A stretch of 64,000 bases of DNA, taken from positions 2,016,001 through 2,080,000 of the forward strand of contig OY821641.1 of assembly GCA_963555995.3 (NCBI GenBank). The letters run 5' to 3'. Positions 48,452 to 58,669 of this stretch are shown piece after piece. Position numbers and translations under genes: made by a program. The notes under the pieces are model-generated. The model saw only the letters and a program-made list of their open reading frames with translations. It ran no database searches and was not told the origin of the DNA. The first letter of the stretch is position 1; the number at the start of each line of letters is the position of its first letter. Origin of the DNA: Vicinamibacteria bacterium. GTDB lineage: Bacteria; Acidobacteriota; Vicinamibacteria; Marinacidobacterales; Marinacidobacteraceae.

Positions 48452-49990
48452 TCAGCCCGGGCGTGGGAGGCGCGGCACCGTGTACGGACTCACTTCTTCC
48501 ACATGGCCCCAAACCCGGCGGCCGACGGCGTCGGCCTCCCGGAGCAGGGCGTCCTCGTCCATGGTGAGGACCGTGCGGTCGCGCATGACGAACTGGCCGT
48601 CCACCATCACCGACTCGATGTCGCCCGGGTGCCCGCTGTGGACCAGCGCGGAGATGAAACGTCCCGCCGGCACCAGATGGGCCCGCAGCGTGTTCACGAC
48701 CAGGAGGTCGGCCTTCTTCCCGACTTCCAGCGTGCCAAGATCGTCGGCCTGGTTGACGGCCTGCGCGCCGCCCTGGGTCGCGTCCGCCAGCACGTCTTCC
48801 GGCTGGGGCGCGAGGCCAGGGACCTCGTCGCCGTCGCGGTTGCGCCGGATCCGCTCCATCAGCATGGCGGTGCGCATCACCTGGAAGACGTCGTTCGTGT
48901 TGTTGTCGGTCCCGAGCGCAATGGGACAGCCGGCTGTCCGCAGCTCCGGGATCGGGGGGCTGATGCCGCGGTTCGACGCCATCCCCGCCTGGTGGGCGAT
49001 GATGGTGCGGGACCTGCCGAGCAGCGCGACCTCCTCGTGGTTCACGTAGCGCGCGTGCGCCGCGAACAGCCGGGGGCCGAGGAAGCCGTGCCGGTCCAGA
49101 TACTCGGTCGGCCGGAGCCCGTGGTGCAGGACCATGAACTCGTACTCGGCGCGGCTCTGGTTCAGGTGGATCGTGTAGCCGAGATCGTGCCTATCGGCGA
49201 ACTCGCGCACCGCCCGCAGCAGCTCGGGTGACGAGGTCTCGGCGAGCCCGGCCGCCGGGAACACCGAGATGCGGCCGTTCCGCGCCCCGTGCCAGGTGCT
49301 GAACAGGTCGCTGATGCGTTCCATGCCCTCGTCCCGCAGCCGGTCCGAGAAGCGTGGCGTTTCGCTGACCGACTCCGCCATCGCCCGCGTGGACATGGGT
49401 CCGGGCACGTTCTCGGCGTCGCGGATCCCCTCCGCGAAGACGCAGCGGAGCCCGGAGTCGGCGAGCACCCCCGCCTGGCGCTGGACGTTCCCGGTGTACT
49501 CGACGATGGTGGTGGTCCCGGTGCGGATGGCCTCGAGCGCCGCGACCTGCACCATGAGGTTGCCTTCCTCTCCCTCGAGCAGGCTGGCGGGCGAGACCGA
49601 CAGGTTCGCGGTGTTCGGGAAGCCGAAGTCCTCGTTGAATCCCCGCGCGATCACCGCCCGCATGTGGGCGTGGGTGTTGACGAGGCCCGGAACCAGAGCC
49701 CGGTGGCGGCCGTCGTACCGCTCGGCGCCGGGATAGTCGGCGAGGACGGTGTCGGTGGGGCCGATCGCCGCGATCCGGCCGTCCTGGACCGCGAGCGCCA
49801 CGTCGTCCTGCACGGCGTCCGGGTTCGCGACGGTGGTGTTCGTGAAGACGACGGTCCCGTCCTGCGGCGCCGCCGCCTGAAGGCGGCCCGGCTCCAGGAG
49901 CATGGCTGCCGTGCCAGCGCCAGCGCCGGTGAGCACTTGACGGCGGGTAACGCCGGAACTGGGGGAACTCGGATCGGTTGTCTTGGACAT
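48452..49990 (-). CDS. metal-dependent amidohydrolase (MtaD/TrzA-like), Tat-exported
   Basis: TRRQVL Tat motif; PGLVNTHAH, IHLNQS, ALGTD, GKKADL. Confidence 0.85.
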   Translation of the reverse strand: MSKTTDPSSPSSGVTRRQVLTGAGAGTAAMLLEPGRLQAAAPQDGTVVFTNTTVANPDAVQDDVALAVQDGRIAAIGPTDTVLADYPGAERYDGRHRALVPGLVNTHAHMRAVIARGFNEDFGFPNTANLSVSPASLLEGEEGNLMVQVAALEAIRTGTTTIVEYTGNVQRQAGVLADSGLRCVFAEGIRDAENVPGPMSTRAMAESVSETPRFSDRLRDEGMERISDLFSTWHGARNGRISVFPAAGLAETSSPELLRAVREFADRHDLGYTIHLNQSRAEYEFMVLHHGLRPTEYLDRHGFLGPRLFAAHARYVNHEEVALLGRSRTIIAHQAGMASNRGISPPIPELRTAGCPIALGTDNNTNDVFQVMRTAMLMERIRRNRDGDEVPGLAPQPEDVLADATQGGAQAVNQADDLGTLEVGKKADLLVVNTLRAHLVPAGRFISALVHSGHPGDIESVMVDGQFVMRDRTVLTMDEDALLREADAVGRRVWGHVEEVSPYTVPRLPRPG

Positions 49991-50079
49991 GGTGCTGAGC
50001 CTTCCTGGAACGGAGAGTACCGCCTGACTCCGGCCGACGCCGGCAAGGGCGACGACCGGACCTCCGTAGAATCGAACCC

Positions 50080-51084
50080 ATGAGTACCAACTCCCCCGCC
50101 CGCTCCCGGCGTGTTCGTCCCGCCGCCATCCTGCTGTGCGTGTTGTTCAGCGCGCCTTCCGTGATCGCGCAGGAAGGCCGGACCCACACCTTCATCCCGG
50201 AACGCGGCTACCAGAGCTTCGCGGTCCGGGAGCCGGTGCTGCGGGTCGCGCCCGGGGACACGCTGGTCAGCGAGACCATGGGCGCGGCCTTCATGCCCGA
50301 GGAGGACCGGCACCTCGCGGGCGAGGTCGGGCCGATCTATATCGAGGGAAGCGAGCGCGGGGACACGCTCGCGATCCGGGTGGTGCGGCTGGAACTCAAC
50401 CAGGACCGGGCGTTCTCGGGAACCTCGACCGGATTCGCGGCGCTCACCATGACGCCCCAGACCGCGATGCTCCACGAGCCGGTGCCCGCGCGTAGCTTCG
50501 AGTGGGTGCTGGACCTCGAGGCCAACACCGGCACGCTTGAGTTGCCGGCGAGCGGCAAGGACCCGGTCACCGTCGAGCTCGAGCCGATGCTCGGGCGGAT
50601 GGCGGTCGCGCCGGACCGGGGCGAGGTCATCTGGAACGCCGCGCCGGGGAACTTCGGCGGCAACATGGACACCCCGGAGATCCGCGAGGGGGTGACCGTG
50701 TACCTACCGGTCTTCGAGCCCGGCGCCTACTTCTACTTCGGGGATGTCCACGCCCTCCAGGGCGAGGGCGAGATCACCGGCACCGGGCTCGAGACCACCG
50801 CCGAGGTGACCTTCGAGTTCGACCTGATCAAGGGCAAGGCCATCGCCTGGCCCCGGATCGAGAACGACGAATACCTGATGGTCGCGGGCTCGGTGCGGCC
50901 GCTGATGGACGCCTTCCGCATCGCCCATACCGAGATCATCTTCTGGCTCGAGGACGACTACGGCCTCGACCGCTGGGAGGCGCTGCAGCTTCTGTCGCAG
51001 GTCGGCAAGGCGCGCATCGGGAACGTGGTGGACCCGCACTACACGGTGGTGGCGATGTACCCGAAGAAGTACCTGCCGCGTTAA
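50080..51084 (+). CDS. acetamidase/formamidase family protein
   Basis: GPIYIEG, GGNMD, GDVHALQGEGE; signal peptide. Confidence 0.88.
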   Translation: MSTNSPARSRRVRPAAILLCVLFSAPSVIAQEGRTHTFIPERGYQSFAVREPVLRVAPGDTLVSETMGAAFMPEEDRHLAGEVGPIYIEGSERGDTLAIRVVRLELNQDRAFSGTSTGFAALTMTPQTAMLHEPVPARSFEWVLDLEANTGTLELPASGKDPVTVELEPMLGRMAVAPDRGEVIWNAAPGNFGGNMDTPEIREGVTVYLPVFEPGAYFYFGDVHALQGEGEITGTGLETTAEVTFEFDLIKGKAIAWPRIENDEYLMVAGSVRPLMDAFRIAHTEIIFWLEDDYGLDRWEALQLLSQVGKARIGNVVDPHYTVVAMYPKKYLPR

Positions 51085-51294
51085 CGGCGGACGGCACCAT
51101 CCGTACCGGCCGAGGCTACGACGAGAGGAGTCACGACTCCTCCGTGCCTCGCGACCAGCCGACCGGCGAGAGCGCCTGAGTTCGGCCAATTCAGCCTCGA
51201 CTTCCTCACGGGAACGCGGCGGGATCCTGGCGACGAGTTCCTTGAAAGTCCACACCCTTTCCGGGCGCTCGTCCTCGCTGAGGTCGTCGGCGTC

Positions 51295-51495
51295 AGAGGT
51301 GGACCCCATTGTTTGGACAGTTTTTCCGTTCCGGATAACGACAATTCGGGGCGGTAGGACCCCTCGAAGGAGGCCGACATGTCCAGACGACTCCGGCGGA
51401 ACCATTCGCCGGCATTCAAGGCGAAGGTAGCGATGGCGGCGCTGCGGCACGAAGGGACGGTTGCGGAGCTGGCGCAGCGGTTCGACGTTCACCCG
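51295..51495 (+). mobile_element. IS3-family left end plus truncated orfA
   Basis: AGAGGTGGACCCCATTGTTTGGACA end-like sequence; RBS AGGAGG; [18 protein letters not shown]...[13 protein letters not shown] from 51379, then truncated. Confidence 0.8.
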
Positions 51496-52352
51496 GCGCC
51501 AACCCCCGACTCATCCTTCCCCTTCGTCCGCGCCCGATACGGCGCGCACGCCTGGGGCCGGAACCCCCAGTGCTTCGCGAACGCCGCAAACCGATCGTGG
51601 AACACCACCTCCCGCGTCGCCGCGTCGTGCTGCTTCACCAACGCCCTGGGGTTGTCCACCAACACCGTCTCCGGGACCCCGCCGAACTCCAGGAAGGTGC
51701 TCTCCAGGCCCTCGAACCAGTGCGCCTGCCGCTCACCCGGAAACACCCGCACGTGCAGCCGCCGGGAACACCCCAGGGTGGCCACGAACAAGAACACCTT
51801 CCTCTTCTCCCCGCCGATCCAGACCTGGCGCTGGCCGAAGTCAATCTGGAGCTGATACCCCGGCGGCGTCTCGAAGCGCGTCGTCGCAACCACCGCCGCT
51901 CGCAGCTCCCGGCGAAACGGCGCCACCTCCCGCTCGACCGTCCGAAGGCTCACCCGGACCCCCTGCGCCGCCAGCTCCTGGCGAACCACGTCCGCGTTCC
52001 CCTCATGCTGCAACAGACGCTCCCGGAGCCATGCCTCCCGGCCCGCCAGCAGCCGACGCCGGCGACGCCTCGTCGCCTTCCGCCAACGCCCGCGACGCAA
52101 CCACATCTGAACCGTCGTCCGGGAACAGCCCAACTGCGCCGCGATACGACGCGTCCCCCAGCCCAGACGGCGCAACCGCCGCATCTCCAACACTTCGTCC
52201 GGAGTCCGCATCTCTTCCCCCTCGACGCCGCTCTCCGGCGTCGAAACGGAAACACACCTTTCCGAACTCATCCTCCAACTCCGACTGTCACCCTCGGGGG
52301 TGGCCCAGTTTTAGATGTCGCCAAGCGGCCCAGTTTTATCTGTCGCTTGACA
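51496..52352 (-). mobile_element. istA: IS21-family left end plus truncated istA (start 52211)
   Basis: End TGTCAAGCGACAGATAAAACTGGGCC with repeated AAAACTGGGCC; [32 protein letters not shown]; C-terminus and istB missing. Confidence 0.88.
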
Positions 52353-52366
52353 GCTCTGGTGGCGGC

Positions 52367-53749
52367 TCACCAGGACTCGGGATAGCGGAATGGCAAGACC
52401 GTAGTCGGACCGGTGGATTCGAAGTGAATCAGCACGTCAAATTCCGCGGTGAGCGGAGTCTCATACCAATACCACTGCGGAGTCTCGGGGTCATAGCAGG
52501 CGCCGATGCTGCGAAGGAACTGGGTCTCGGCGAGCCACGCACCTCCCGGGTCGTCGGGGTCGACGTCGCGCAAGTCGAGTACGAAGCGGGGCGCGGTGGC
52601 GCGCGCCAGAAGGCGCTCGTAGGAACCGGAGACCGGATCATCGAGGTCGAAAACGGTCCGTTCTCCGCAGAACCGTTCGAGTTCCCGTCTCGCTGTCAGC
52701 CGGCCGCGTTCGTGGCTGAAGGCGACGATAACCATGTCGTCACCGAAGGTTTCGCGGAGGAACGAGCCCTGCCAGCCAGGGCTGTCGGCGACGTGGCCGT
52801 TGTGAGCCCACAGCACCATCCTGCCATCGGGCCCGATCCGCCGGCTGAGCCACTCGGTGTTTTCGGCCATGGATTCGTCGCGACCCTGTTCACCGACCAC
52901 CACGAGGTGGTACTGGAAGGCAACGCGCAGACTCTGGAGGGCCACCTCGAACGCATCCTCTCCTCCCACCTTCACGAACTCGTCCCGGTGAGCGAGGAGA
53001 CGCTCCCTGACGTCTTCCAGCGACACCGCGCATTCCGCCCGGTGTGAGTCGGACTGATCCCGGTACGACGGGCGTGGAGACCGACCGCGAGGGTTGTTGG
53101 CGAAGTTGTCGAGGCATTCGAGTTGTGCCGAGATGTCCTCCAGAGATTCCGGGTCCACATCGCCCACGTACTCGCGCACGTTGTGGAGCGCCATCCCCGG
53201 GAACTGCATGTCGAAGCCGTGGAAACCTACGTCGCCGCCGGCGTCGTTGTGGTCCCGCATCCATTCGATCATCTCGAGCACGGATTCGGTGTTCCAGGTC
53301 CAGAAATACAGTCCCGACAAGAGGACTTCCGGATCTCCCTCCCCGGTGCGGACGTAGCGGTCGATACGGCGCGATTCCGGCCAACTGGCCTCGATCGCGA
53401 ACGTGTTGAACCCCATTTCCTCGACGAGGAAGCGGAGGATCCGAGCTTTCATCTCGAAGAAGTCACGAGTGCCGTGGGTCCCCTCGCCGAGGGCCACGAT
53501 GCGTGCGTCTCCCACGATGTCGCGCAAGAAACCGAGGTCCGTATGCGGGAGCGCCAGGTCGGTCCCGTCGAACGGGTGGACGTTCGCGTCGAGCCAGGAT
53601 GGGACCGGGTCCGCGGGGAGGGGCCGCAGCGCGGGCTGCGGCACGGTCCCGACCGGAGCGTCTTCCTGACATCCCAGGGCCAGCACCAGGGCGGCCGCGA
53701 GGCAGAGCGAACGAATCAGAACCGCGGAGTTTGTCGGAAGTGGGGGCAT
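52367..53749 (-). CDS. erythromycin esterase family lipoprotein, copy 1
   Basis: Lipobox LALGC; VALGEGTHG, FAIEA, GFDMQ, LWAHNGH. Confidence 0.85.
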   Translation of the reverse strand: MPPLPTNSAVLIRSLCLAAALVLALGCQEDAPVGTVPQPALRPLPADPVPSWLDANVHPFDGTDLALPHTDLGFLRDIVGDARIVALGEGTHGTRDFFEMKARILRFLVEEMGFNTFAIEASWPESRRIDRYVRTGEGDPEVLLSGLYFWTWNTESVLEMIEWMRDHNDAGGDVGFHGFDMQFPGMALHNVREYVGDVDPESLEDISAQLECLDNFANNPRGRSPRPSYRDQSDSHRAECAVSLEDVRERLLAHRDEFVKVGGEDAFEVALQSLRVAFQYHLVVVGEQGRDESMAENTEWLSRRIGPDGRMVLWAHNGHVADSPGWQGSFLRETFGDDMVIVAFSHERGRLTARRELERFCGERTVFDLDDPVSGSYERLLARATAPRFVLDLRDVDPDDPGGAWLAETQFLRSIGACYDPETPQWYWYETPLTAEFDVLIHFESTGPTTVLPFRYPESW

Positions 53750-53769
53750 ACCTCGACCCCGGTGGCGTA

Positions 53770-55149
53770 TCACCAGGAGTCCGGATAGCGCGGCGTCAGG
53801 ATCGTCGTGGGGCCCGTGGACTTGAAATGGATGATGACGTCGTACCACTCGGCCAGCGAGACGGTCACCCAAGTCGGCCAGGCCGGGTTCAGACAGCAGC
53901 CGATCGATCGAAATGCGCGGCGTTCGGCGAGCCAGGTGGCTCCCGGCTCACTCGTGTCCCGGTTCCGCAGATCGAGTACGAACCGGGGAAGATCTGATCT
54001 CTCGAATATCGATTCGTAGGATCCGGGGCGAACGGGATCGAGGTCGAGTGCGGGAAGCCCGCGCTCACCTCCGGGACGGAGGTCCACGCCGGTGAACTGT
54101 CCGGTTTCGTGGCTGAAACCGACGACGACCATCGCGTCCCCGAATACCTCCCGCAGATAGGAACCCTGGAGCCGCGGTCGGGTCGAAACATGGGAGTTGT
54201 GCGCCCAGAGCACGATCCGCCCCTCGGGCCCGATCCTCCGCAGGATCCACTCGGTGTTTTCAGCCATGGATTCGTCGCGCGACTGTTGACCGATGGCCTG
54301 GAGGTGGTACTGAAACGCGACGCGGAGACTCTGGAGAGCCACTTGGAAGGCGTCCTCGCCTCCCAGCGACTCATATTCCTCCCTGCTCGACAGGAGGGCT
54401 TTCCGCACTTCATCGAGCGATGCGCCGCACTGCGTCCGATAAGCGTGGGGCTGGTCCCCGTAGTCCGGGTTGGGGAACCATCCCCGGTGATCGTTCGCGT
54501 AGCGCGTGAGGCAGGACAGCTTCTCGGTGACCGCCTCGGCGCGTTCCGGATCAACGTCCCGCACGTACTCCCGCACGTTGTGGAGCGCCATCCCCGGGAA
54601 CTGCATGTCGAACCCGTGGAACCCCACATCGCCACCGGCTTCGTTGTGCTCCCGCATCCACTCGATCATCTCGAGCACCGATTCGGTCCTCCACGTCCAG
54701 AAAAGAAGCCCGGTCAGCAACTCGTGCGGGTCGCCTTCTCCGGTGCGCACGTAGTGGCCTAGACGCCGGGATTCCGGCCAGGTCGCCTCGATGGCGAAGG
54801 CGTCAAAGTCCATCTCCTCGACCAGAAAGCGGAGAATCCGCGCCTTCATCTCGAAGAAGTCCCGGGTACCGTGGGTGTGCTCGCCGAGGGAGACGATGCG
54901 GGCGTCGCCGACGATGTCACGCAGGAATTCGATGTCGTTGTGCGGAAGCGACAGGTGGGTCCCTTCAAAGGGATGCGCGTTCGCGGCGAGCCAGGCGGGC
55001 ACCGGATCTGGCGGCAGGGTGGGCAGCGGAAGCGTCGGCGCGGTTCCGACGTCCGGGTCCTGGGCACACCCCGGGGCAAGCAGCAGCATGGCCGACAACA
55101 GCGGCGCGAAAACCATCCCGCGCCGTTCGCGAATCAGGAATCGGGGCAT
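53770..55149 (-). CDS. erythromycin esterase family lipoprotein, copy 2
   Basis: Lipobox-like LAPGC; SLGEHTHG, GFDMQ, LWAHNSH; tandem paralog of copy 1. Confidence 0.85.
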   Translation of the reverse strand: MPRFLIRERRGMVFAPLLSAMLLLAPGCAQDPDVGTAPTLPLPTLPPDPVPAWLAANAHPFEGTHLSLPHNDIEFLRDIVGDARIVSLGEHTHGTRDFFEMKARILRFLVEEMDFDAFAIEATWPESRRLGHYVRTGEGDPHELLTGLLFWTWRTESVLEMIEWMREHNEAGGDVGFHGFDMQFPGMALHNVREYVRDVDPERAEAVTEKLSCLTRYANDHRGWFPNPDYGDQPHAYRTQCGASLDEVRKALLSSREEYESLGGEDAFQVALQSLRVAFQYHLQAIGQQSRDESMAENTEWILRRIGPEGRIVLWAHNSHVSTRPRLQGSYLREVFGDAMVVVGFSHETGQFTGVDLRPGGERGLPALDLDPVRPGSYESIFERSDLPRFVLDLRNRDTSEPGATWLAERRAFRSIGCCLNPAWPTWVTVSLAEWYDVIIHFKSTGPTTILTPRYPDSW

Positions 55150-55297
55150 CGGCAACCTCCCTTCCTCGAAAGAGCCATCCGCAGGGCAAGCAAGCGGTTT
55201 GCCAGGTACGGATGTGACACCGTGAGAGGGAGGCGCGATCAGCGGACTACCCCATACGGCGGATCAGCGCCGCGCGCCCTGCGGGCCTGCGGCCCGC

Positions 55298-55490
55298 GTG
55301 CCGGCTGAAGCCGGCGTTCCAAGCCGTTCGCGCTGCCCTGCGCGAGTTACGTGACGCCGTGCGCGGCGCGGAGCGCCGCGCGTGCCGGTCTGAAGACCGG
55401 CGGTCCCAGCCGGTAGCGCCTTCTCGGACTTGCGGCGGTCTGCGGTTTCGCGACCTGCGGTCGCGATGCCGGCTGGAAGCCGGCGCTCCG
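55298..55490 (+). repeat. cluster of three REP variants
   Basis: GCCGGCTGAAGCCGGC, GCCGGTCTGAAGACCGGC and GCCGGCTGGAAGCCGGC palindromes. Confidence 0.75.
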
Positions 55491-55507
55491 AGACGCGCCG
55501 CTATGCG

Positions 55508-57166
55508 CTAGCGCTTCGTGGGCTTGGGGTACTCGTGGTCGGGGTCGTCCTCCAGGAAGAGGGGGATCGGTGGGGGTGGGAGGCCCTGCTCGGCGCGGGC
55601 GGCGCGGACCGTCTCGCGGACGTCGGAGAGCAGTTTGCGGGTGTCGTAGAGGATGCCGTCCTTCATCAGGTACTTGATGGAGCCGATGCGCTCGGTCCGG
55701 GCGGTGGCGTGGTTCAGGCGGACCGTGCCGGTACCGTAGAGCACCTTCAGGTTGTGGAGCGGGTTCTCCTCGAGGATCACGAAGTCGGCGATCTTCTCCT
55801 CCTCGATGCTCCCGAGCTGCTCGCCGAGCCCGAGGTACTCGGCTCCGTCGAGCGTGGCTGCCTTGATCACTTCGAGCGGGTGGAACCCGGCCTCCTGGAA
55901 CAGCTCCAGCTCCTGCACGAAGCCGAAGCCATAGAGGTTGAAGGTGTAGCCGGAATCGCTCCCCACCACGACGCGGCCCCCCCGGTTCTTGAACTCGTTC
56001 ACGAAGGCCATCCAGAGCCGGTAGTTCTCCTTCCAGTTCAGCTCCACCTGGGTGGTCCAGTCGAAGAAGTAGGAGGCGTGGTTGATGGCGCTCGGGCGGT
56101 AGAACTCCCAGAGGTTCGGGTGGGTATAGACCGAATGCCACTCGTTCCGCTGCTGGCGCATGAGGTCCCGGGTGGCGATGTAGGCGACCCAGGTCGGGTG
56201 GATCGTGAAGTCGAGCTCCAGCAGCTCGTTCATGACCTCGTTCCACTTCTCGGAGAAGGGCGGCGCGGCCTGCGCCCACAGCCGGCCCGCCTGGGTGAAC
56301 CGGTGATATTCGTTGTTGTAGTTGTAGTCGAACGGATAGTGCTGGATCGTCTTGTCCGCGAACATGGCCTCCGGTAGGCCGTACCAGTGGGTCATCGAGG
56401 TGAGCCCGGCGCGCGCGGTGTCGAGCGCGTTCATGCCCACCACGTCGAGCTGGGCGTGGTGCGTGGTGGAGAGGAGGCCCTGCTTCCCCGCCTCGTCGAG
56501 GGCGGCCCGGAAGATGCGCGGCGCGGCGCCGAAGAACTTGATCCCGTCGGCGCCCTGCTCCTTGACCCAGCGGACCCAGCGGCGCGCCGCGTCCGGATTG
56601 GTGACCGGCTCCTCGCCGTCGCGTCCGAAGACCACGAACGTCTCGATCCGGGGCGAGGTGATCTCGTTGTCCCAGGAACGCCGCGCGTGGTGGAGGAGCC
56701 AGCGGGTGTTGAAGTTGCCGACGTCGGCGCCGGTGGCGATCCCGTGCGCCATCCAGAGCTTGTGGACGTACTCGGTGGGGACGCGCTGCCCCTCTCCCTC
56801 GTAGTGCTGGTGGAGGTGCATGTCGAGGAACCCGGGCAGGATGTAATGCCCGTGGAGGTCGATCTCCTCGTCGCCCGGCTGCGCTACCGGCCGGTCCTCC
56901 TCGTGGATCGGGGTGACGCCGGTGCCCACGTTGTGGATCGAGCGGATGATGTTCCCCTCCACGATGATGTCCACCGGGCCGTACGGAGGCGCTCCGGTGC
57001 CGTCGATCACGATGGGACCGCGCAGGATCACCCGGTCCCAGGGACCCTCGCCGTCGGTACGGTCGGGGACGGGATAGGGAATCTCGTCCTGCGCCGCCAG
57101 CGGTACGGCGACCGCGCAGGCGGCGAGAAGCGCGAACAGCAGGGTGAACAGACGGTTTCGGGACAT
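55508..57166 (-). CDS. exported amidohydrolase family protein
   Basis: Signal peptide; PGFLDMHLH, VGSDSG, KIADF. Confidence 0.85.
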   Translation of the reverse strand: MSRNRLFTLLFALLAACAVAVPLAAQDEIPYPVPDRTDGEGPWDRVILRGPIVIDGTGAPPYGPVDIIVEGNIIRSIHNVGTGVTPIHEEDRPVAQPGDEEIDLHGHYILPGFLDMHLHQHYEGEGQRVPTEYVHKLWMAHGIATGADVGNFNTRWLLHHARRSWDNEITSPRIETFVVFGRDGEEPVTNPDAARRWVRWVKEQGADGIKFFGAAPRIFRAALDEAGKQGLLSTTHHAQLDVVGMNALDTARAGLTSMTHWYGLPEAMFADKTIQHYPFDYNYNNEYHRFTQAGRLWAQAAPPFSEKWNEVMNELLELDFTIHPTWVAYIATRDLMRQQRNEWHSVYTHPNLWEFYRPSAINHASYFFDWTTQVELNWKENYRLWMAFVNEFKNRGGRVVVGSDSGYTFNLYGFGFVQELELFQEAGFHPLEVIKAATLDGAEYLGLGEQLGSIEEEKIADFVILEENPLHNLKVLYGTGTVRLNHATARTERIGSIKYLMKDGILYDTRKLLSDVRETVRAARAEQGLPPPPIPLFLEDDPDHEYPKPTKR

Positions 57167-57228
57167 GCGGAAGGCTCCTCCGGAAGCCGGGCAGTATCCC
57201 ATACCGGCCGGGGTTGCCCGGGGGTTCT

Positions 57229-58017
57229 TCAGGCGGCCAGCCGGTCGAGACGCAGCCGGTGCCGGTCGTCGAAGAGCCGCCGGGACACCACCCGCACGAC
57301 CGCCAGCACCCCGAAACCGGTCCCCGCCGCGATCAGGAGCAGGATCAGGATCTGGTAGCGGACGGCCTGGTCCACCGAGGCGCCGGCGAGGATCTGCCCG
57401 GTCATCATTCCGGGCAGGCTCACCACCCCGGCGGCAGCCATCGCGTTGAAGATGGGGATCAGCCCGGCGCGAACGCTCTCGCGGGCGATGTCGGACACCG
57501 CCTCTTCCCGCGTCTCGCCGAGCGCCAGCCGCTGCTCGATCACCTCGCGGCTGCGGACCACCGCCTCGGTCAGCCGCTCGGTGGAGAGCGACACCCCGTT
57601 CATCGTGTTCCCGAGCAGCATGCCGAGCAGCGGGATGGAGAACCGGGGCGCCCACCAGGGCTCGGGCCCCAGCACCACCGCGAGCGCGAAGGCGGTGAAC
57701 AGGAACGACGAAAGGAACATCGCCAGCGCGCCGGCGAGATAGCCCCAGCGACCGGCGAGCGGACGCGCCTGGCGGGTCTTCACCTCGCGGGCCGCCACCC
57801 CGAGCATGAAGAGCGCCATGAGCGCCACGATCGCGGGTTCCGTCGTTCCGATGACGAACCGCAGCACCAGCCCCAGCAGCAGCAGTTGCGCCGACCCGCG
57901 GAACGCCAGCCAGAGAAGTTGACGGGAGACGCCCAGTCCGGCGAGTCGGTTTGCGAGCGCGAGGGCGACGACCGCGCCGGCGGCGGCGACCAGATCCCAA
58001 TAGCCGAGTTCGATCAC
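57229..58017 (-). CDS. UPF0014/FetB-like ABC transporter permease
   Basis: GMLLGNTMNG, GVVSLPGMMTGQILAG, AVRYQI. Confidence 0.88.
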   Translation of the reverse strand: MIELGYWDLVAAAGAVVALALANRLAGLGVSRQLLWLAFRGSAQLLLLGLVLRFVIGTTEPAIVALMALFMLGVAAREVKTRQARPLAGRWGYLAGALAMFLSSFLFTAFALAVVLGPEPWWAPRFSIPLLGMLLGNTMNGVSLSTERLTEAVVRSREVIEQRLALGETREEAVSDIARESVRAGLIPIFNAMAAAGVVSLPGMMTGQILAGASVDQAVRYQILILLLIAAGTGFGVLAVVRVVSRRLFDDRHRLRLDRLAA

Positions 58018-58622
58018 CGGGAGACCCCCGCCGCCGCCCGGATGGTCCCCTCGGGCAACACGAGCACTTGATCGGCCATGGCAAGGACTTCCGGCAGGTG
58101 CGATACCCACAGCACCGGCGCCCCCCGTGCGAGCCGAAACCGGTGAATCCGGCGGATTACCAGCGACCTGCTGTCCTCGTCGAGATGCGCGGTCGGTTCA
58201 TCGAGGAGCAGGACGTCGGGCGAGTGCAGGAGCAGCCTCAGCAGCGCCAGCCTGGACTTCTCGCCGCTGGACAGCAGCGCCGGATCGGTTTCCCGGACTA
58301 CCGGGGCGAGGCCCAGCGCGGCGAGTTCTTCGTCCAGTGCGTCCGCTACACCGGGGAAGTGCTCCGCCACGGTGACGTGCCAGAACCGCGGTTCGGCGGG
58401 AAGAAGACCGACCCAACGCCGCCATCGGGGCGCCGGGACCGCCCCGTGCGGGGTCCCCCGCCAGGAACACTCCCCGCCGTGCGGATCGAGATCCGCCAGG
58501 GCGCGCAGCAGCCGGGTCTTGCCGGAACCCGAGGCGCCGGACACGGCGAGCATCCCTCCCGCCGCGACCTCGAAGGAGAGCGGCGGCAGACCGGGAACCT
58601 CCAGGTCACGGACGGCGAACAC
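58014..58622 (-). CDS. FetA-like ABC transporter ATP-binding protein
   Basis: GASGSGKT, LSSGEKSR, LLLDEPT. Confidence 0.85.
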   Translation of the reverse strand: MFAVRDLEVPGLPPLSFEVAAGGMLAVSGASGSGKTRLLRALADLDPHGGECSWRGTPHGAVPAPRWRRWVGLLPAEPRFWHVTVAEHFPGVADALDEELAALGLAPVVRETDPALLSSGEKSRLALLRLLLHSPDVLLLDEPTAHLDEDSRSLVIRRIHRFRLARGAPVLWVSHLPEVLAMADQVLVLPEGTIRAAAGVSR

Positions 58623-58669
58623 CCACCTATTGTGGCGCGGCTCGCCCGGGCGCGTCCTACACTGACCCG

